From the NCBI RefSeq assembly GCF_964213995.1, contig NW_027590172.1, positions 868,001 through 932,000 on the forward strand: a DNA stretch of 64,000 bases, in the 5' to 3' direction. Every line of letters starts with the position of its first letter. Position 1 is the stretch's first letter. The translations under genes were made by a program, and so were the position numbers. The DNA comes from Mustelus asterias (taxonomy: Eukaryota). The notes below the pieces were generated by a model. It did not search any database. It was given only the letters and a program-made list of their open reading frames with translations, and was not told the origin of the DNA. Below, one piece after another: positions 45,253-58,997 of this stretch.

Positions 45253-47639
45253 AATAATTAATCTGGATCTTAAGATTCTATAACGTCATATTAGATATTA
45301 TAAATTATATGTAACATTAGATACAGGCACTTTCAGTTCTACAGTCACTTTAAAAATGGTTACACACTCCAGTTATATATCAGGGGTTTATGTGTGATGA
45401 TGAGGTGATTACGTGTCAATAAAGCGCAGAGGCTGCTGGGTAGCTGCTCATTATCCTCGGTGTGATTTGATTCGACTTCCCGCTGAATTCTGGGACAGAT
45501 TTGATTCTTTGGTGACAGAAAGGCCAAAGTGACCTCAATAAATTTGAATCTCAATAAACTACAATAAATAAACTGCAACTATATTTGTACCAAATAAAAT
45601 GCTGAAAATAATTTGTGAAATATTTATTTATTTATTTTTGTGATTTGGAGATTATTAGTAATACGAGCGCCAGGCAATGACCAACTCCAAAAAGAGAGAA
45701 TCTACCCATTGCTCCTTGTCATTCAATGATGTTACGATACTGAATCACCCACTATGAACATCGTCGGGGTTACCATTGGCTAATCGCTGAATTAACTGGA
45801 TGTTTAAATGCTCCGGCTGGAATCTCAGGTCAGCTTGCTGTGAGTAACTCACCTCCTGACTCCCCAAACCTGTCCACCAGCTACAAACAACAACTCAGGA
45901 GTGTAATAGAGTTCTCTCCACTTGCTCGAATGAGTGCAGCTCAAACAACATTCAAGAAGCTTTATAGCATTCAGGACAAAGCAGGCGGCTTGACTGGCAT
46001 AGCATTTGCAAATGCTCACTCCCCCCACCACCGACAAACAACAGCAGCATTATACACCATCTCCAAGTTTCACTTCAGGAACTCACCAAGACTCATTATG
46101 CAACACCTTCCAACCACAGGACTGTTACCATTTGGAAGAACAGGGGTAGGAGTTACCTGGGAATATCACCTGTAAATTTCACTCCAAGTCAGTCATATAA
46201 CTGACTTGGAAAAATATCGCCCTTCCTTCACTGTCGCTCGATTGAAATCCTGGAACACCCTCTGTAACAGCACTGTGTGAGTACATACGCCCCAGGCTTC
46301 GCAGCAATTCACGAAGGTAGCTCCCCACCATCTTACTAAGGGCAATTAGGGATAGGCAACAAGTGTTGACCTAGCCAGCAACGATCACATCCCTTAAATT
46401 AAAACGTAAATATATTAATGTTTATGAATGGTTGATAACTGGTGAACAAAATTATGCAACTTTGTGAATGGATGGCAATTGGTGAAAATAAATACCAACT
46501 TTATGAACATTTATAATCTTCTCTTTCTTAATGGAAGATAGCATGCGCGCCACAGGAGATGCATGATTCAAAAGCACAAACACTACCGGGGGAAAAATGG
46601 CGCCAGAGGACACTGCAACAACTATAGATATGTGTACATCATTGCCAGTGACACATCTGAAAACATTCATCTGTTTGAAGATCCGGATTATCCTGAAGCA
46701 CAATGTTGTGTTTATAATGGAAGATTGACTCTGGAAAATATCTGCTTCATATGCCCTATGTACTTATCTTTACCTTCGTCAATCTCATCAAGACATTCAA
46801 CACTGGTAGCAGAGCAGGGACTACCATGCTTGGGAAAAAGTCGCTCTCCATCAAACCTCCTCGGTCTCATTCATGACACAGAAAACGACAACATAAAACC
46901 ACAATTGGTAGCTTCATGGGCAGCATTTGTAACAGAGCCAACCTCTCAAAAATTGTCCTTCTCAGTCATCAACAAAGGTGACATTTGAAAAAGAAACCAT
47001 TCTGAAATTGATGTGTTTACTCTGTGTCTATTTTTTATTTTAAATGGAAGGACGTCGGTTATCATTGTGAAATTGATTTGTAAACAATATGACGTTTTTC
47101 AGACAACGCACGCACACACACACACACACACACACAAACATTTTCCTTCAATTTAAGACTCCATCTTTGCTTCCTGGGGGGTTTAGAAGACAATTACCCC
47201 AACTATCTTTCAGATGAAATGAAGAACAAATAAATTTTCCTCAAGACCATGTTTGCTGAACTGAACATTAAAGGTCCCATTGTCTCCAACAGCGCCCTGG
47301 TCAGCATTCCTCCTTCTGACCAAAATGAACAAACATACATTACCATGGATTGAGGCATTATGCTCTGATGCTGACCTGGCAACATAGGAACAGAGGAGCA
47401 GAATTTCCCCTCCAAGCCACTCACCATCCTGACTTGGAAATATGTCGCCGTTCCTTCACAATCGCTGAGTCAAAATCCTTAAATTTCCTCCCTAACGGCA
47501 TTGTGGATCTACCCACAGAACATGTACTGCAGCGATTCAAGAAGGCAACTCACCATAACCTTCTCAAGGGCAACTAGGTATGGGGAATAAATGTTGACCA
47601 GCCAGCGAAGCCCATGTCCCAAGAATGAATTAAAAAAGC

Positions 47640-48400
47640 AGACGCAGGTCATTCACCTTCTCGAACTCGCCCCCCATTCATAAGATCATCGCTGATCTGT
47701 CGCCAAACTCTATGTACCTGCCCTTGGCCCATATCCCTTGATATCCCTGTTCAATAAAAAAATCGATCTCAGACATAAATTTAATAATTGAACCAGCACC
47801 CACTGGCCTTTGCGGAAGAGAGTTCCTAAAGTCCACCACTCTCTGGGTGTAGAAATACTTTCTATCAACTCTCCTGAACGGCTTAGCCCTGTTTTTTTTT
47901 CCATTATGGCCCTTTATTCTAGAGCCTTCATATGGCCCTTTATTCTAGAGCCTTCAACTGGTGGAAAAAAATTACCCGCCCTATCCTACCCTGTAAATAT
48001 TTTGTAGACTTTTGTCAGAACACTCCTCAACCTTCTGAATTCGAGAGAAAAAGTCCCAATTTGTCTAATTTCTCCTCGCAACGTAACCCCTGAAGGCCAG
48101 ATATAATTCTTGTGAACCTGCATTCAACTCCCTCCAAAGCCAAAATCTTTCCAAAGGTGTGGTGCCCAAACCTGTGCACAGTACTCCAGGTGGACTCTAA
48201 CCAGGATTTTGCATAATTGCAGCATAACATCTGCATCGCTATACTCCAGTCCTTTAGATACAAAGGCCAAAATTCCGTTGACCTACTTGACTATTTTCTG
48301 CATCAGTTCTTGGCATTTTAAGAAGCTATTCACTTGAAGTCCCAAATCTCTCTGGGCATCCACTAAATTTAATTTTGTGCCTTCTAAAAACTACCTTGAT
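47640..48400 (-). mobile_element. CR1 3' fragment
   Basis: ORF 48027-48263 contains ILALEGVECRFTRII. Confidence 0.75.
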
Positions 48401-48959
48401 CTTTCATTTGGATTTTTTGACTTTTTGTGGCATTATCTAAGCCATGATGAATATTGTAAATAATTGAGACCTCAAGACAGATTCCTGCGGGACACAACTT
48501 AACCTGCATTATTCAGCAATGGACATCTAATCTATAATTCGTTGCACCTTAAATTTGGGCACTTTCTGCAGAAGGGGATGTGGTCTTACATTTATGAATG
48601 TGAATTCTTTGTATGTTACTATCATAAATCATACCTGACAGCGATATATTTACAGTAACTGTAATTACAGAATTTTGCCAGCAGATGGAATTGGCATCTT
48701 GATGGTTTACATTACATGAAGAAGGCACTGCCTCAATAAATACTACACTGGACCCTAACTTTGCAGTTCTGCCACATGCAGTCCTGAATGGTGATGGACA
48801 TTTAAACAAGTAACTGCAGCAGGAGCCTCAAACGAAAGGGAAAAGAAACAAGACTGAAACAGTTGTTACTATGTTCAGGCAGAAGATGTTCCACCTCTGC
48901 CTTCCCCTGATGCCCCGAACATCACAGATGCCAGTCTCCAAGGAGGTCAATTCATTCAA

Positions 48960-49245
48960 CATGCTACGAGAGGACACAGGTTTAAGGTGCTGGGGGGTAG
49001 GTACAGGGGAAATGTTAGGGGTAAGTTTTTCACACAGAGGGTGGTGGGCGATTGGAATCGGCTGCCGTCAGTGGTGGTGGAGGCAAACTCAATAGGGTCT
49101 TTTAAGAGATTCCTGGATGTGTACATGGGACTTAATAGGATGGAGGGTTACAGGTAGGCCTAAAAGATAGGGATATGTTCGGTACAACTTGTGGGGCCGA
49201 AGGGCCTGTTTTGTGCTGTAGTTTTCTATGTTTCTATGTTTCTAT
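48960..49245 (+). mobile_element. Short CR1 3' end
   Basis: Matches 62040-62330; (TTTCTATG)n tail. Confidence 0.85.
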
Positions 49246-51102
49246 AACATTGAGGATAGGAACAGGAGTAGACCATTCAGCCCCTGGAGCCCGCTCCGCC
49301 ATGCAATATGATCATGATTGATCTGTGGCCTAACCTTGTGCTGAAAGCATTGGATACTGCAAAGATTATGGATCCTGACAATATTTCAGCAATAATAATA
49401 ACGGTTTGTGCTCTGGAGCTAGCTGAGCCTTAGCCAATCTATTCAAGTATAGCTACATCACGGTCACATACACAACAGTGTGAAAATTGGCAGACGTGAC
49501 CTGTTTCTGAAGGCAGGACAAACCCAACCCGACCAATTACCGCCCAATGCGTCCTCACTCGATCAAGGTAATGGTAAGTATGAAGGATCATCTAAAAAAT
49601 AATAATAATATAATAATATCAATACTGCTACAACTACAAATAATAGTAATCTGCTCAATGATGCTCTGTTTGGGTCCCACTAGGGGCACTCAGTTCCAGA
49701 AATCATTTAAGCTTAGTCCAAATCTAGTGGAAATAGCTGCTTTAATGAGGTGAGGTGAGAGTGCCGGCCCTCGACATCAACACAGCACTTGACCGATTGT
49801 GGCATCAAGAAGCCCGAGCAAAGCTGCAGTCAATGGGGATCCGGGGAAAAAAACATTCCACTGGCTTCAGTCAAACCGAGCACAGAGGAAGATGGCTGTG
49901 GCTGTTGAAAGCCAATCATCTCAGTCACAGGGTATTTGCTGAAGGAACTCCTCAGGATAGTGCCCTCGGCCTAATATTCACGCTTCAATACAAGCTCAGA
50001 AGTGGGATGTTCACTGATGATTGCACGATGTTCAGCACATTTACAACTTCTCAGATACTGAGGCAGTCCGTGTCCGTAAGCAGAAAGACTTCGAAAACAT
50101 TCAGGCTTTGGCTGTGAAGTGGCATGTGACATTCACGCCACCGAGATGACAGGCAATGACCCTTTCAAGTAAGAGAGATTGCAATCATCTCCGCTTGCCA
50201 TTAATTGAATGACTACAGCTGAAACCCCACTATCATCATTCTGGGAATTGCCATTGATGGAAAATTGAACTGGGACAGCCATATAAATAATATTGCGACA
50301 AAAACAGGTCAGAGGCTGGGAATTGTGCGTGGAGTAACTCACCTCCTGACTTCCCAAACCCTATCCATCATATAAAGGCAAAAGTCAGGATTGTGATTGA
50401 ATATTCTCCACTTGCCTGGCGTGTGGTACTGAAGCAACACCCAAAAAGCTCGAAACAACCCAGCAAAAAGCAGGCGGCTGGAAGAACACCCCACCAACCA
50501 CTTTAAACATTCACTCTCTGCATCACAGATGTACAACTCTAGCCGTGTGAACCATATACAACTTGTATAGCAGCAACATAATCCTTTGGTAGCAACTTCC
50601 AAACACATTAACTCTGACACTAAAATGGCAAGGGCAGCAGATGCAGGAGAATACAATTATCTGCAAATGCCCATAAAACCTCCACACCGTCTTGACTGGG
50701 ATCTATATCACTATTTTTTCAGTGTCAATGGATGAAAATCTTGCAACTCCCTTCCCATCAGCACTGTATGTGTACTTACTCATATGGAATGCAATGATTT
50801 AAGAAGAGGGCTCACTCGCACATTCTCAAAAGAAAAAAATAGAAGTGGCAACAAATCCTACGTTACCAGTGACAGCAAAACCTCATTAAATGATTTTGAA
50901 CAGGTCATATCTCTGGAACGTTCAACTAGCCCCCACGTCTGTTTGCATTGCAACAGGCCATGTCCCAGCCTCATTAACAGCATGTCCTGTCTCTGTTATT
51001 CCTCTACTCGGCTCATTATCAGTTGTTCATAAGTGAAGCCAAAGCCTGTTTACACGATGGTTTCTGAATTATGACTGTGCTGAAATATGTTTCAGTTAAT
51101 CT

Positions 51103-51390
51103 GGGCGGCACGGTGGCACAGTGCCAGGGACCCGGGTTCAATTCCCAACTTGGGTGAATGTCTGTGTGGAGTCGGCACGTTATCCTTATGTCTGCGTGGG
51201 TTTCCTCCGGGTGTTCCGGTTTCCACTCACCGCCCGAAAGAGGTGGTGACTTGGTGCATTTTGGCCATGCTAAATTCTCCCTCGATGTACTCAAACAGGC
51301 ACCGGAGTGTGACCACACGGGTTCTTCACAGTAAATTCATTGCACTGTGAATGAAAGCCGACTTATGACACTAATAAATAAGCTTTAAAT
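51103..51390 (+). mobile_element. HE1-like SINE
   Basis: gggcggcacggtggcacagtg...gggttcaattccc. Confidence 0.8.
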
Positions 51391-52869
51391 CTTTAATCTG
51401 GGAAGAGACTGTGTCTGAATTCCTACTGCATCAGAACCTTTATCTGTGACTCCGATACTGGAGCAACATCCGTCTTGCGTTACACAAGTTTCGGTCACTG
51501 TCATTACTCTAATGGTTCATTAGATCTAATAAACTCGACACTGTTTTAGTTAATGCTGCACAAGTGCATGTATCTGTTTATTCAACACTGTGCCCTGCCT
51601 CTGTTATTGTTGCATCATGTGATCCCTCTAATTTGCTGCATTGTCCATATCTCAGTGTGTACCAGTCTAGATCACATATTAATAATTATTACCAACGCGC
51701 TAGACTCTTTCTGAGTTTATATCAGTCTAAATATCGTATCTCTAATCATTAATAACACACTAAATTCTGTCTCAGTTTTTATCAGTCTAGGTACTGCATC
51801 AGTAATGACCACTAACACACTGGACTCTGTCTCAGTTTATGTCAGTCCAGATTCTGTATCAGTAATTACTGCGAATGCGCTAAGCTCTGCCTCCGTTAAT
51901 ATCGGTTCAGGCCTGTATCAGTAATTGACACTATGTGTCAGTTTATATCGCGCAAGTAACTGCATTTGGTTAAATTGCACCAGACACCATCTCAGTGTTT
52001 CTTGTATTCGTTGATGTCATTCATATTTTTCAAATATTTCTTTCATGGGATGTGGGTGTCTCTGGTAAGGCCAGTATTTCGCCTTTAACTTCCCACAAGG
52101 CACTCGGCACGACCTCATTTCTATTTCACTGCATCAGGCCTCTGTTTATATTAAGATAGATTCTGTCTCTGTTAATACTCCGCTTGACCAGAGCTCAGTT
52201 TATGATGCACAAGACCCAATCCCTGTTTATATGACATTTGATCCTGACTCTGTCTATATTTCGCGAGACCAGGTCACTGTTATTACTGCACTATAGTATT
52301 CCTCTGTCTGAACTATGGCTCCATGAACATTACTCCACGGTTCTGTGAGGTACAGAGATAATATGATGCATAAATATGCTGGGCTATAAACATCTGTATT
52401 CAGCAGGATCTTGAAACGGAAAATATTGGATCGACAGTGTATGCTGCGCAGGGTTTGATATCTATTTTCAATGCATCAGTAGAGTGAGCTTTCAAATATC
52501 ACTTCTTCTTTTCCAGTTCCCAAGACTAGTCTCCATCCATCAGAGTTGTACCTGTAGGAGGATGCAGAGAATCATGTTCCCATAGCCACTTTTCACATTA
52601 TTGCGCATTGTCTAGTGCAGTAATAACTGAGTCCGTGCCCAATATAAAATGAACATGGACATGGTCAAGTGCATCCAGTTTAGTACATAGACAGATCTAC
52701 ATGACTAAAAGCAGAGTCATTGTCGATCTCAATATGAACAGAGACATGGTGACGTGTAATATAAACAGAGACAGCATCTAGTTTATTATAAACAGAAAGT
52801 ACGTCTAGTGTAATGTGAATAGAGACAAAATCTTCTTTAATATAAACCGAAACAGGGATTAGTTAATTT

Positions 52870-55068
52870 AACATTAGCAGGGCAAGGTTTACAATGGGGG
52901 GAGAGGTAATTATGATGCGATTAGGCAAGAATTAGGGGGCATAAGTTGGGAACAGAAACTGTCAGGGAAAGGCACTAATGAAAAGTGGAACTTTTTCAAG
53001 GAACAAATACTGGGTGTCCTTGATAGCTATGTCCCTGTCAGGCAGGGAGGAAATGGCCGAGTGAGGGAACCATGGTTCACGAAAGAGGTGGAATGTCTTG
53101 TGAAAAGGAAGAGGGAAGCTTATGTAGGGATGAGGAAACAAGGTTCAGATGGCTCGAATGAAGGTTACAAGTTAGCAAGGAACGAGCTGAAAAAGGGGCT
53201 TAGGAGAGCAAGGAGGGGACATGAGAAGTCCTTGGCGGGTCGGATCAAGGAAAACCCCAAGGCTTTTTACTCTTATGTGAGGAATAAAAGAATGACCAGG
53301 GTGAGGTTAGGGCCGGTCAAGGACAGTCGTGGGAACTTGTGTATGGAGTCAGTAGAGATAGGCGAGGTGATGAATGAATACTTTTCTTCAGTGTTCACCA
53401 AGGAGAGGGGCCATGTTTTTGAGGAAGAGAAGGTGTTACAGGCTAATAGGCTGGAGGAAATAAATGTTCGGAGGGAGGATGTCCTGGCAGTTTTGAATAA
53501 ACTGAAGGTCGATAAGTCCCCTGGGCCTGATGAAATATATCCTAGGATTCTTTGGGAGGCAAGGGATGAGATTGCAGAGCCTTTGGCTTTGATCTTTGGG
53601 TCCTCGCTGTCCACGGGGATGGTGCCAGAGGACTGGAGAATGGCGAAAGTTGTTCCTCTGTTTAAGAAAGGGAATAGAAATGACCCTGGTAATTATAGAC
53701 CGGTTAGTCTTACTTCGGTGGTTGGTAAATTGATGGAAAAGGTCCTGAGGGATGGGATTTACGACCATTTAGAAAGATGCGGATTAATCCGGGATAGTCA
53801 GCACGGATTCGTGAAGGGCAAGTCGTGCCTCACAAATTTGATAGAATTTTTTGAGGAGGTAACTAAGTGTGTTGATGAAGGTAGGGCAGTTGATGTCATA
53901 TACATGGATTTTAGTAAGGCGTTTGATAAGGTCCCCCATGGTCGGCTTATGATGAAAGTGAGGAGGTGTGGGATAGAGGGAAAGTTGGCCGATTGGATAG
54001 GTAACTGGCTGTCTGATCGAAGACAGAGGGTGGTGGTGGATGGAAAATTTTCGGATTGGAGGCAGGTTGCTAGCGGAGTGCCACAGGGATCAGTGCTTGG
54101 TCCTCTGCTCTTTGTGATTTTTATTAATGACTTAGAGGAGGGGGCTGAAAGGTGGATCAGTAAATTTGCTGATGACACCAAGATTGGTGGAGTCGTGGAT
54201 GAGGTGGAGGGCTGTTGTAGGCTGCAAACAGACAGAGATAGGATGCATAGCTGTGCTGAAAAATGGCAAATGGAGTTTAACACTGATAAATGTGAGGCGA
54301 TTCATTTTGGTAGGTCTAATTTAAATGTGGATTACAGGGTCAAAGGTAGGGTTCTGAAGACTGGAGGAACAGAGAGATTTGGGGTCCATATCCACAGATC
54401 TCTAAAGGTTGCTACTCAAGTGGATAGTGCTGTGAAGAAGGCCTATAGTGTGTTAGCTTTTATGAACAGGGGGTTGGAGTTGAAGAGCCGTGGGGTTATG
54501 CTGAAAATGTACAGGACGTTGGTGAGACCACATTTGGAATATTGTGTGCAGTTCTGGTCACCTCACTATAAGAAGGATGTGGAAGCGCTGGAAAGAGTGC
54601 AGAGGAGATTTACCAGGATGCTGCCTGGTTTGGAGGGTAGGTCTTATGAGGAAAGGTTGAGGGAGCTAGGCCTGTTCTCTCTGGAGCGGAGGAGGCTGAG
54701 GGGAGACTTGATAGAGGTTTATAAAATGATGAAGGGGATAGATAGAGTCAACGTTCAAAGACTATTTCCTCGGGTGGATGGAGCTATTACAAGGGAGCAT
54801 AACTATAGGGTTCGTGGTGGGAGATATAGGAAGGATATCAGAGGTAGGTTCTTTACGCAGAGAGTGGTTGGGGTGTGGAATGGACTGCCTGCAGTGATAG
54901 TGGAGTCAGACACTTTAGGAACATTTAAGCGGTTATTGGATAGGCACATGGAGCACACCAGGATGATAGGAAGTGGGATAGCTTGATCTTGGTTTCAGAT
55001 AAAGCTTGGCACAACATCGTGGGCCGAAGGGCCTGTTCTGTGCTGCACTGTTCTATGTTCTATGTTCT
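52870..55068 (+). mobile_element. Young 5'-truncated CR1 LINE with an uninterrupted 641-aa ORF2 (RT) fragment at 53061-54986
   Basis: [50 protein letters not shown] and CR1 C-terminal motifs; 3' tail (TTCTATG)n at ~55051-55068; absent from the paralogous units. Confidence 0.95.
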
Positions 55069-57504
55069 AGAGACATGTCACAGATGAGTGCAATACAGAG
55101 ACACGGCCTATTTCCCCTTCAAATATTCCAAGGGCAGGTGTAGCATGTGTTTCGGCTCCGAATGTAAAGCTCCCTCCACAGTGCAACATTAAACACTCTC
55201 AAGCAGGTGTAGCACTGGATTGATAAAAAGTGAAACTCCATCCACACTATGTCAATCAAGCATTTCCAGCAAATGAAGACTGTTTAGAAACAGTAAAAAC
55301 CTCTCTACACTGTCCATTGAAACAATTGGACGCTGGGACAGAACGGGTTCGATACAGGGAATGATCAAGATACATATTGGAGAAAAGCTCCCTCTATAGA
55401 TTGAATTAAATCCATTTAGTTCGAGGCCCGAAAATAGACCTGAGAGAATACATTTGCTGGAGTTTGACTTGATGTTGTTGAGTAAAGACAATGATCCATC
55501 GTGGAGAGACAAAACAAGACACAGAATCAGAGAGGAGAAAGACAAAGAGAGATAAAGCACATTAAATCGCCGTGTCCTTATATTTTGTGATTAGAGGGAA
55601 TCTTTCCTAATTTTGAACATTGATAATCATAGCTTGTTTTGTGCATATAACTGATGAAAAAATATGCCCAAAAAACAATCACAACTGAAATCCAATGACT
55701 GATTTGCATGTTTGTCTCTATTTCTGTGCTGTGTTGATGGGGTAATATTTGTTGCGTTTTTGTCAATCAATAAATCTAATCTGGGATTTCTATTTCTGTG
55801 TTTATTTACATAAACACCTCACTGGTTACAATGAGATGTTCATGGCAGCAAAACCAGATAAACCGTCATTTATTCATTAGTTTCAATTCAACATAGCGGT
55901 TTATTTTAAGTATATTGACAGCAGGTTCAACATCAATAGAAACTTCGTGAATACCCATTCGACCAGACGCTATTTAATTCAAATAAAAAAATATCCGCTA
56001 ATCAAGAATTTGTTCTGAAAGTTCTGATGTCAGAATAAATAAAACATGTTTGAAAAGGCTGGTATTCCACTGAATGTCAATTTGATTGATGATTTAATCT
56101 ACTAAAACTAGACACGTTAAAACATCAGGCAGAGGAGTGACGATAATCGCATGAATCTCAGAGCTTTTAACATATCAATTCTTGCATTTTTTAATATTAA
56201 CATTTGGAAAGGCCTTGCATTTTCATAACGCTTTACCTGACGTTAGGCCGTCCCAAACCATTTAAAACTCACTGATATATTTTCGCTGAAGTTATTCACT
56301 GCTGTAATGTTGGACATACAACAAGGATTTGGTGCACAGCAAGCTCCCACAAACGAGATGTGATAAATGAACAGTAATTTTGTGATTTTAGTTGAAGAAT
56401 GGGTGGCCAGGATACTGGGCAGAACAGTCCTGTTATATCGAATTTACATTCTGTCATCGGCGTGAAATGAGAATCTGTTTCACCCCCTGCTAATGCCCAC
56501 TGACCTGCCTTTTCTGTTGTTTTACTTTTAGATTTCCGGAATTCGCAGTAGTTTGCACTGTTCTATTCATTCTCTGGATATGGGCATCACTGACAAAGTC
56601 AGCATTAATTGCCCATACTGAGAAGGCGGTTGCGAACTCCCTTTTTGTAATAATTGCCCTCTGGTCGGTTTTATTTGTGTTTGACTTTCTGCAGCAGCTT
56701 TGAAACAACTGAATGGCTGTTTTGTCAATTTCAGAGGCACGTAAGGGTCAGCTTCATCACTGTGGAACTGGAGTCACATGTAGGACAGACAGGGTAAACA
56801 TAGCTTTTTTTATTGATTCGTGGGACTTGCACATTACTGGCTGGCCAGCATTTGTTGCCCATCTCCAGTTGCCCTTAGAGGGCAGTTGAGAGTCAACCAC
56901 ATTGCTGTGACTCTGGAGTCACATGTCGGTCAAACAAGGTAAGAACGGCAGATTTCGTTCCCTAAAGGGACATTAGTAAACAAGATGGGTTTTTACAACT
57001 ATCAACAATGGTCTCATAGTCATCAATAGATTCTTAATTCCAGATAGTTTTTATTGATTTCAAGTTCCACCATCTGCCCTGGCGATTTGAACTCAGGTCC
57101 TCAGAACATTGACTGAACATTAGTTACATAGAAATTAGGAGCCGGAGGAGGCCATTCGAGCCTGATCCACCAGTCTTCATGATCATTGATTATTTCCTAT
57201 CTCAAGGTCACATTAATGGATTCTGCTCACACCCCCGATACCATTAAAATCTATTCACAAATCGATTTATTTCTTGAATCTATTCAGTGGCATGACATCC
57301 AAAGCCTGAGTGCTCAAGCGCTCCGTATGTTCACTAGTCTCTGTAGTGAAGAAATATTTCCTCATTTCTGTCCTAACTTGGCTCCCCTATGTCTTGAGAC
57401 TGCATCCCTGGTTTCATACTACGTAACCAGCGAAAACGTCCTTCCTTCATCTCGCCTGCCCAGCCCTGTTAGAATTCCTTTAATTATTCGTAAGTTCATT
57501 GATT

Positions 57505-57785
57505 ATCAATGTCACAAGTAGACATACACTGCAATGACTTTACTGTGAAAAGGCCCGATGGCCACACTCCAGCGCCTGTTCAGGTACGCTGTGGGAATAT
57601 TTAGCATGGCCAATGCACCTAATCAGCACGTCTTTCGGACTGTGGGAGGAAAACGGAGCACCGGAAGGAAACCCACGCAGATAAGGGGAGAAGGTGCAGT
57701 CTCTGCACAGACAGTGACCTAAGGTGGGAATCGAACCCAGGTCCCTGGCATTGTGAGGCAGCCGTGCTAGCCACTGTGCCACTGC
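57505..57785 (-). mobile_element. HE1-like SINE
   Basis: Reverse-complement head and core. Confidence 0.8.
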
Positions 57786-57879
57786 ATCGCCCTCATTTTT
57801 TATGCTTTGAATGTTGCAATCACAATTTTACGTATTTCAATCAGATCTCCTCTCATCCTTCTGAACTCGAGTGAATACA

Positions 57880-58005
57880 TGAGGTGGAGATGCTCGCGTT
57901 GCACTCGGGTGTGCACAGTAAGAAGTCTCGCAACGCCAGGTTAAAGTCCAAGATGTTTACTTGGAATCACGAGCTTTCCGAGCGCTGCTCCTTCATCAGG
58001 TCAGT
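57880..58005 (-). mobile_element. Penelope-like terminal repeat with a degenerate minimal hammerhead core; second copy at 2655-2776 (+)
   Basis: Minus strand CTGATGA-AGGAGC-AGC-GCTCG-GAAAGCTC-GTG followed by ...ttggactttaacctgg.gttg.gagacttcttactgtgc, shared with 2664-2776. Confidence 0.6.
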
Positions 58006-58519
58006 CAAGTGAATACAGGCCCGGTGGAAGCAATTTCGCCTTACAGGACAGTCCCACCAATCCGTGTATCAGCTGCACTCGCCAGAGACCCTTTCATAGG
58101 TCGGGAGATCAAATCTATACGCATTACTCCAGATGCGGTCTGATGAAGACCAGGCATTACTGCAGTAAGACTTCACTAATTCCGAACTCAAATCTTCTTG
58201 CAACGAAGGCCCTCCTAATTGCTTGCTGTACATACCTCTACGATTTCATTGTTTGGTGTAAAAGGATACCCAGATCAATTTGTACATCACACTTCCAAAT
58301 ATATATTGTTTTGTGCTTTACACACGCATATAACTGTACATTTAGCCACGTTGTATTGCATCTGCCACATGTTCACCCATTCACACAACTTGTCCAGATC
58401 ACATTGAACACCCTTGCATCCTCCTCTCAGCTCACAAGTCACTGCATCCTCCTCATAGCTCACAGTCATGCATCGCCAGCCGCTTAGGACATTTTACATT
58501 TGATTTCCTTATCCAAATC

Positions 58520-58790
58520 ACACGGTGGCACAGCGTTGGGGACCGGGTTCGATTCCCAGCTTGGGTCATTTTCTGTACGGAGTCTGCACATTCTCCCCGG
58601 GCTAACGTGGATTTCTTCTGGGTGCCCGGTTTCCTCCAACATCCGAAGGACGTGCAGCTCAGGGACATTGGCCATGCTAACCTCTCCCTCAGTGCACCCG
58701 AACAGGCGCTGGAGTGTGGTGACTCGGGGTTTTTCACAGTAACTTCATTGCAGTGTTACCGTAAGCCTACATGTGACTAACAAATAATAT
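58520..58790 (+). mobile_element. HE1-like SINE
   Basis: cacggtggcacag..gggttcgattccc.. Confidence 0.8.
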
Positions 58791-58997
58791 AAGTTGCGAT
58801 CCTGAAGTACCCCACCAGTCGCTGACTGCCACTCGGAAAAAGACCCATGTATTTCCATTCTCTGTTTCTTATCTGTCAACGAATTCTACACAAATGTCAA
58901 TACATTATTCCCTATCCCACGTGCTTTAATTTGACCTACTAATATTTTACGAGGAACCGTCTCAAATGTCTTCTGAAAGTGCAAATGCACCACGTAC

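Larger units (their letters stand above)
16766..46960. repeat. Younger tandem segmental duplication: ~16766-30545 vs ~30686-46960
   Basis: Near-identical start ccattagaatgtattccatatttattaattgaattcaaattccacc at 16766 and 30686. Shared insertions: palindromic element 17810/31660, HE1 SINEs 18820/32272 and 25563/39907, intron insertion 24520/39063. Shared pseudo-VH lesions. Confidence 0.9.
38541..56795. repeat. Older duplicated unit (truncated VH + upstream flank), paralogous to 14220-23650 and 30686-38540
   Basis: Colinear but more diverged matches: 39350-42017 to 15050-17130, 46960-55960 to 19560-23650, and 55970-56795 to 37120-38540. Confidence 0.85.

Noticed and set aside
46563-46988. 141-aa ORF (and 19098-19361, 32557-32931) as a novel gene family
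   Set aside because: Frame-shifted RTE-type LINE remnants repeated by the segmental duplications; reading frames are not conserved between copies.
5926-58790. tRNA-like A/B-box sequences
   Set aside because: They are heads of HE1-type SINEs, not complete cloverleaf tRNA genes.
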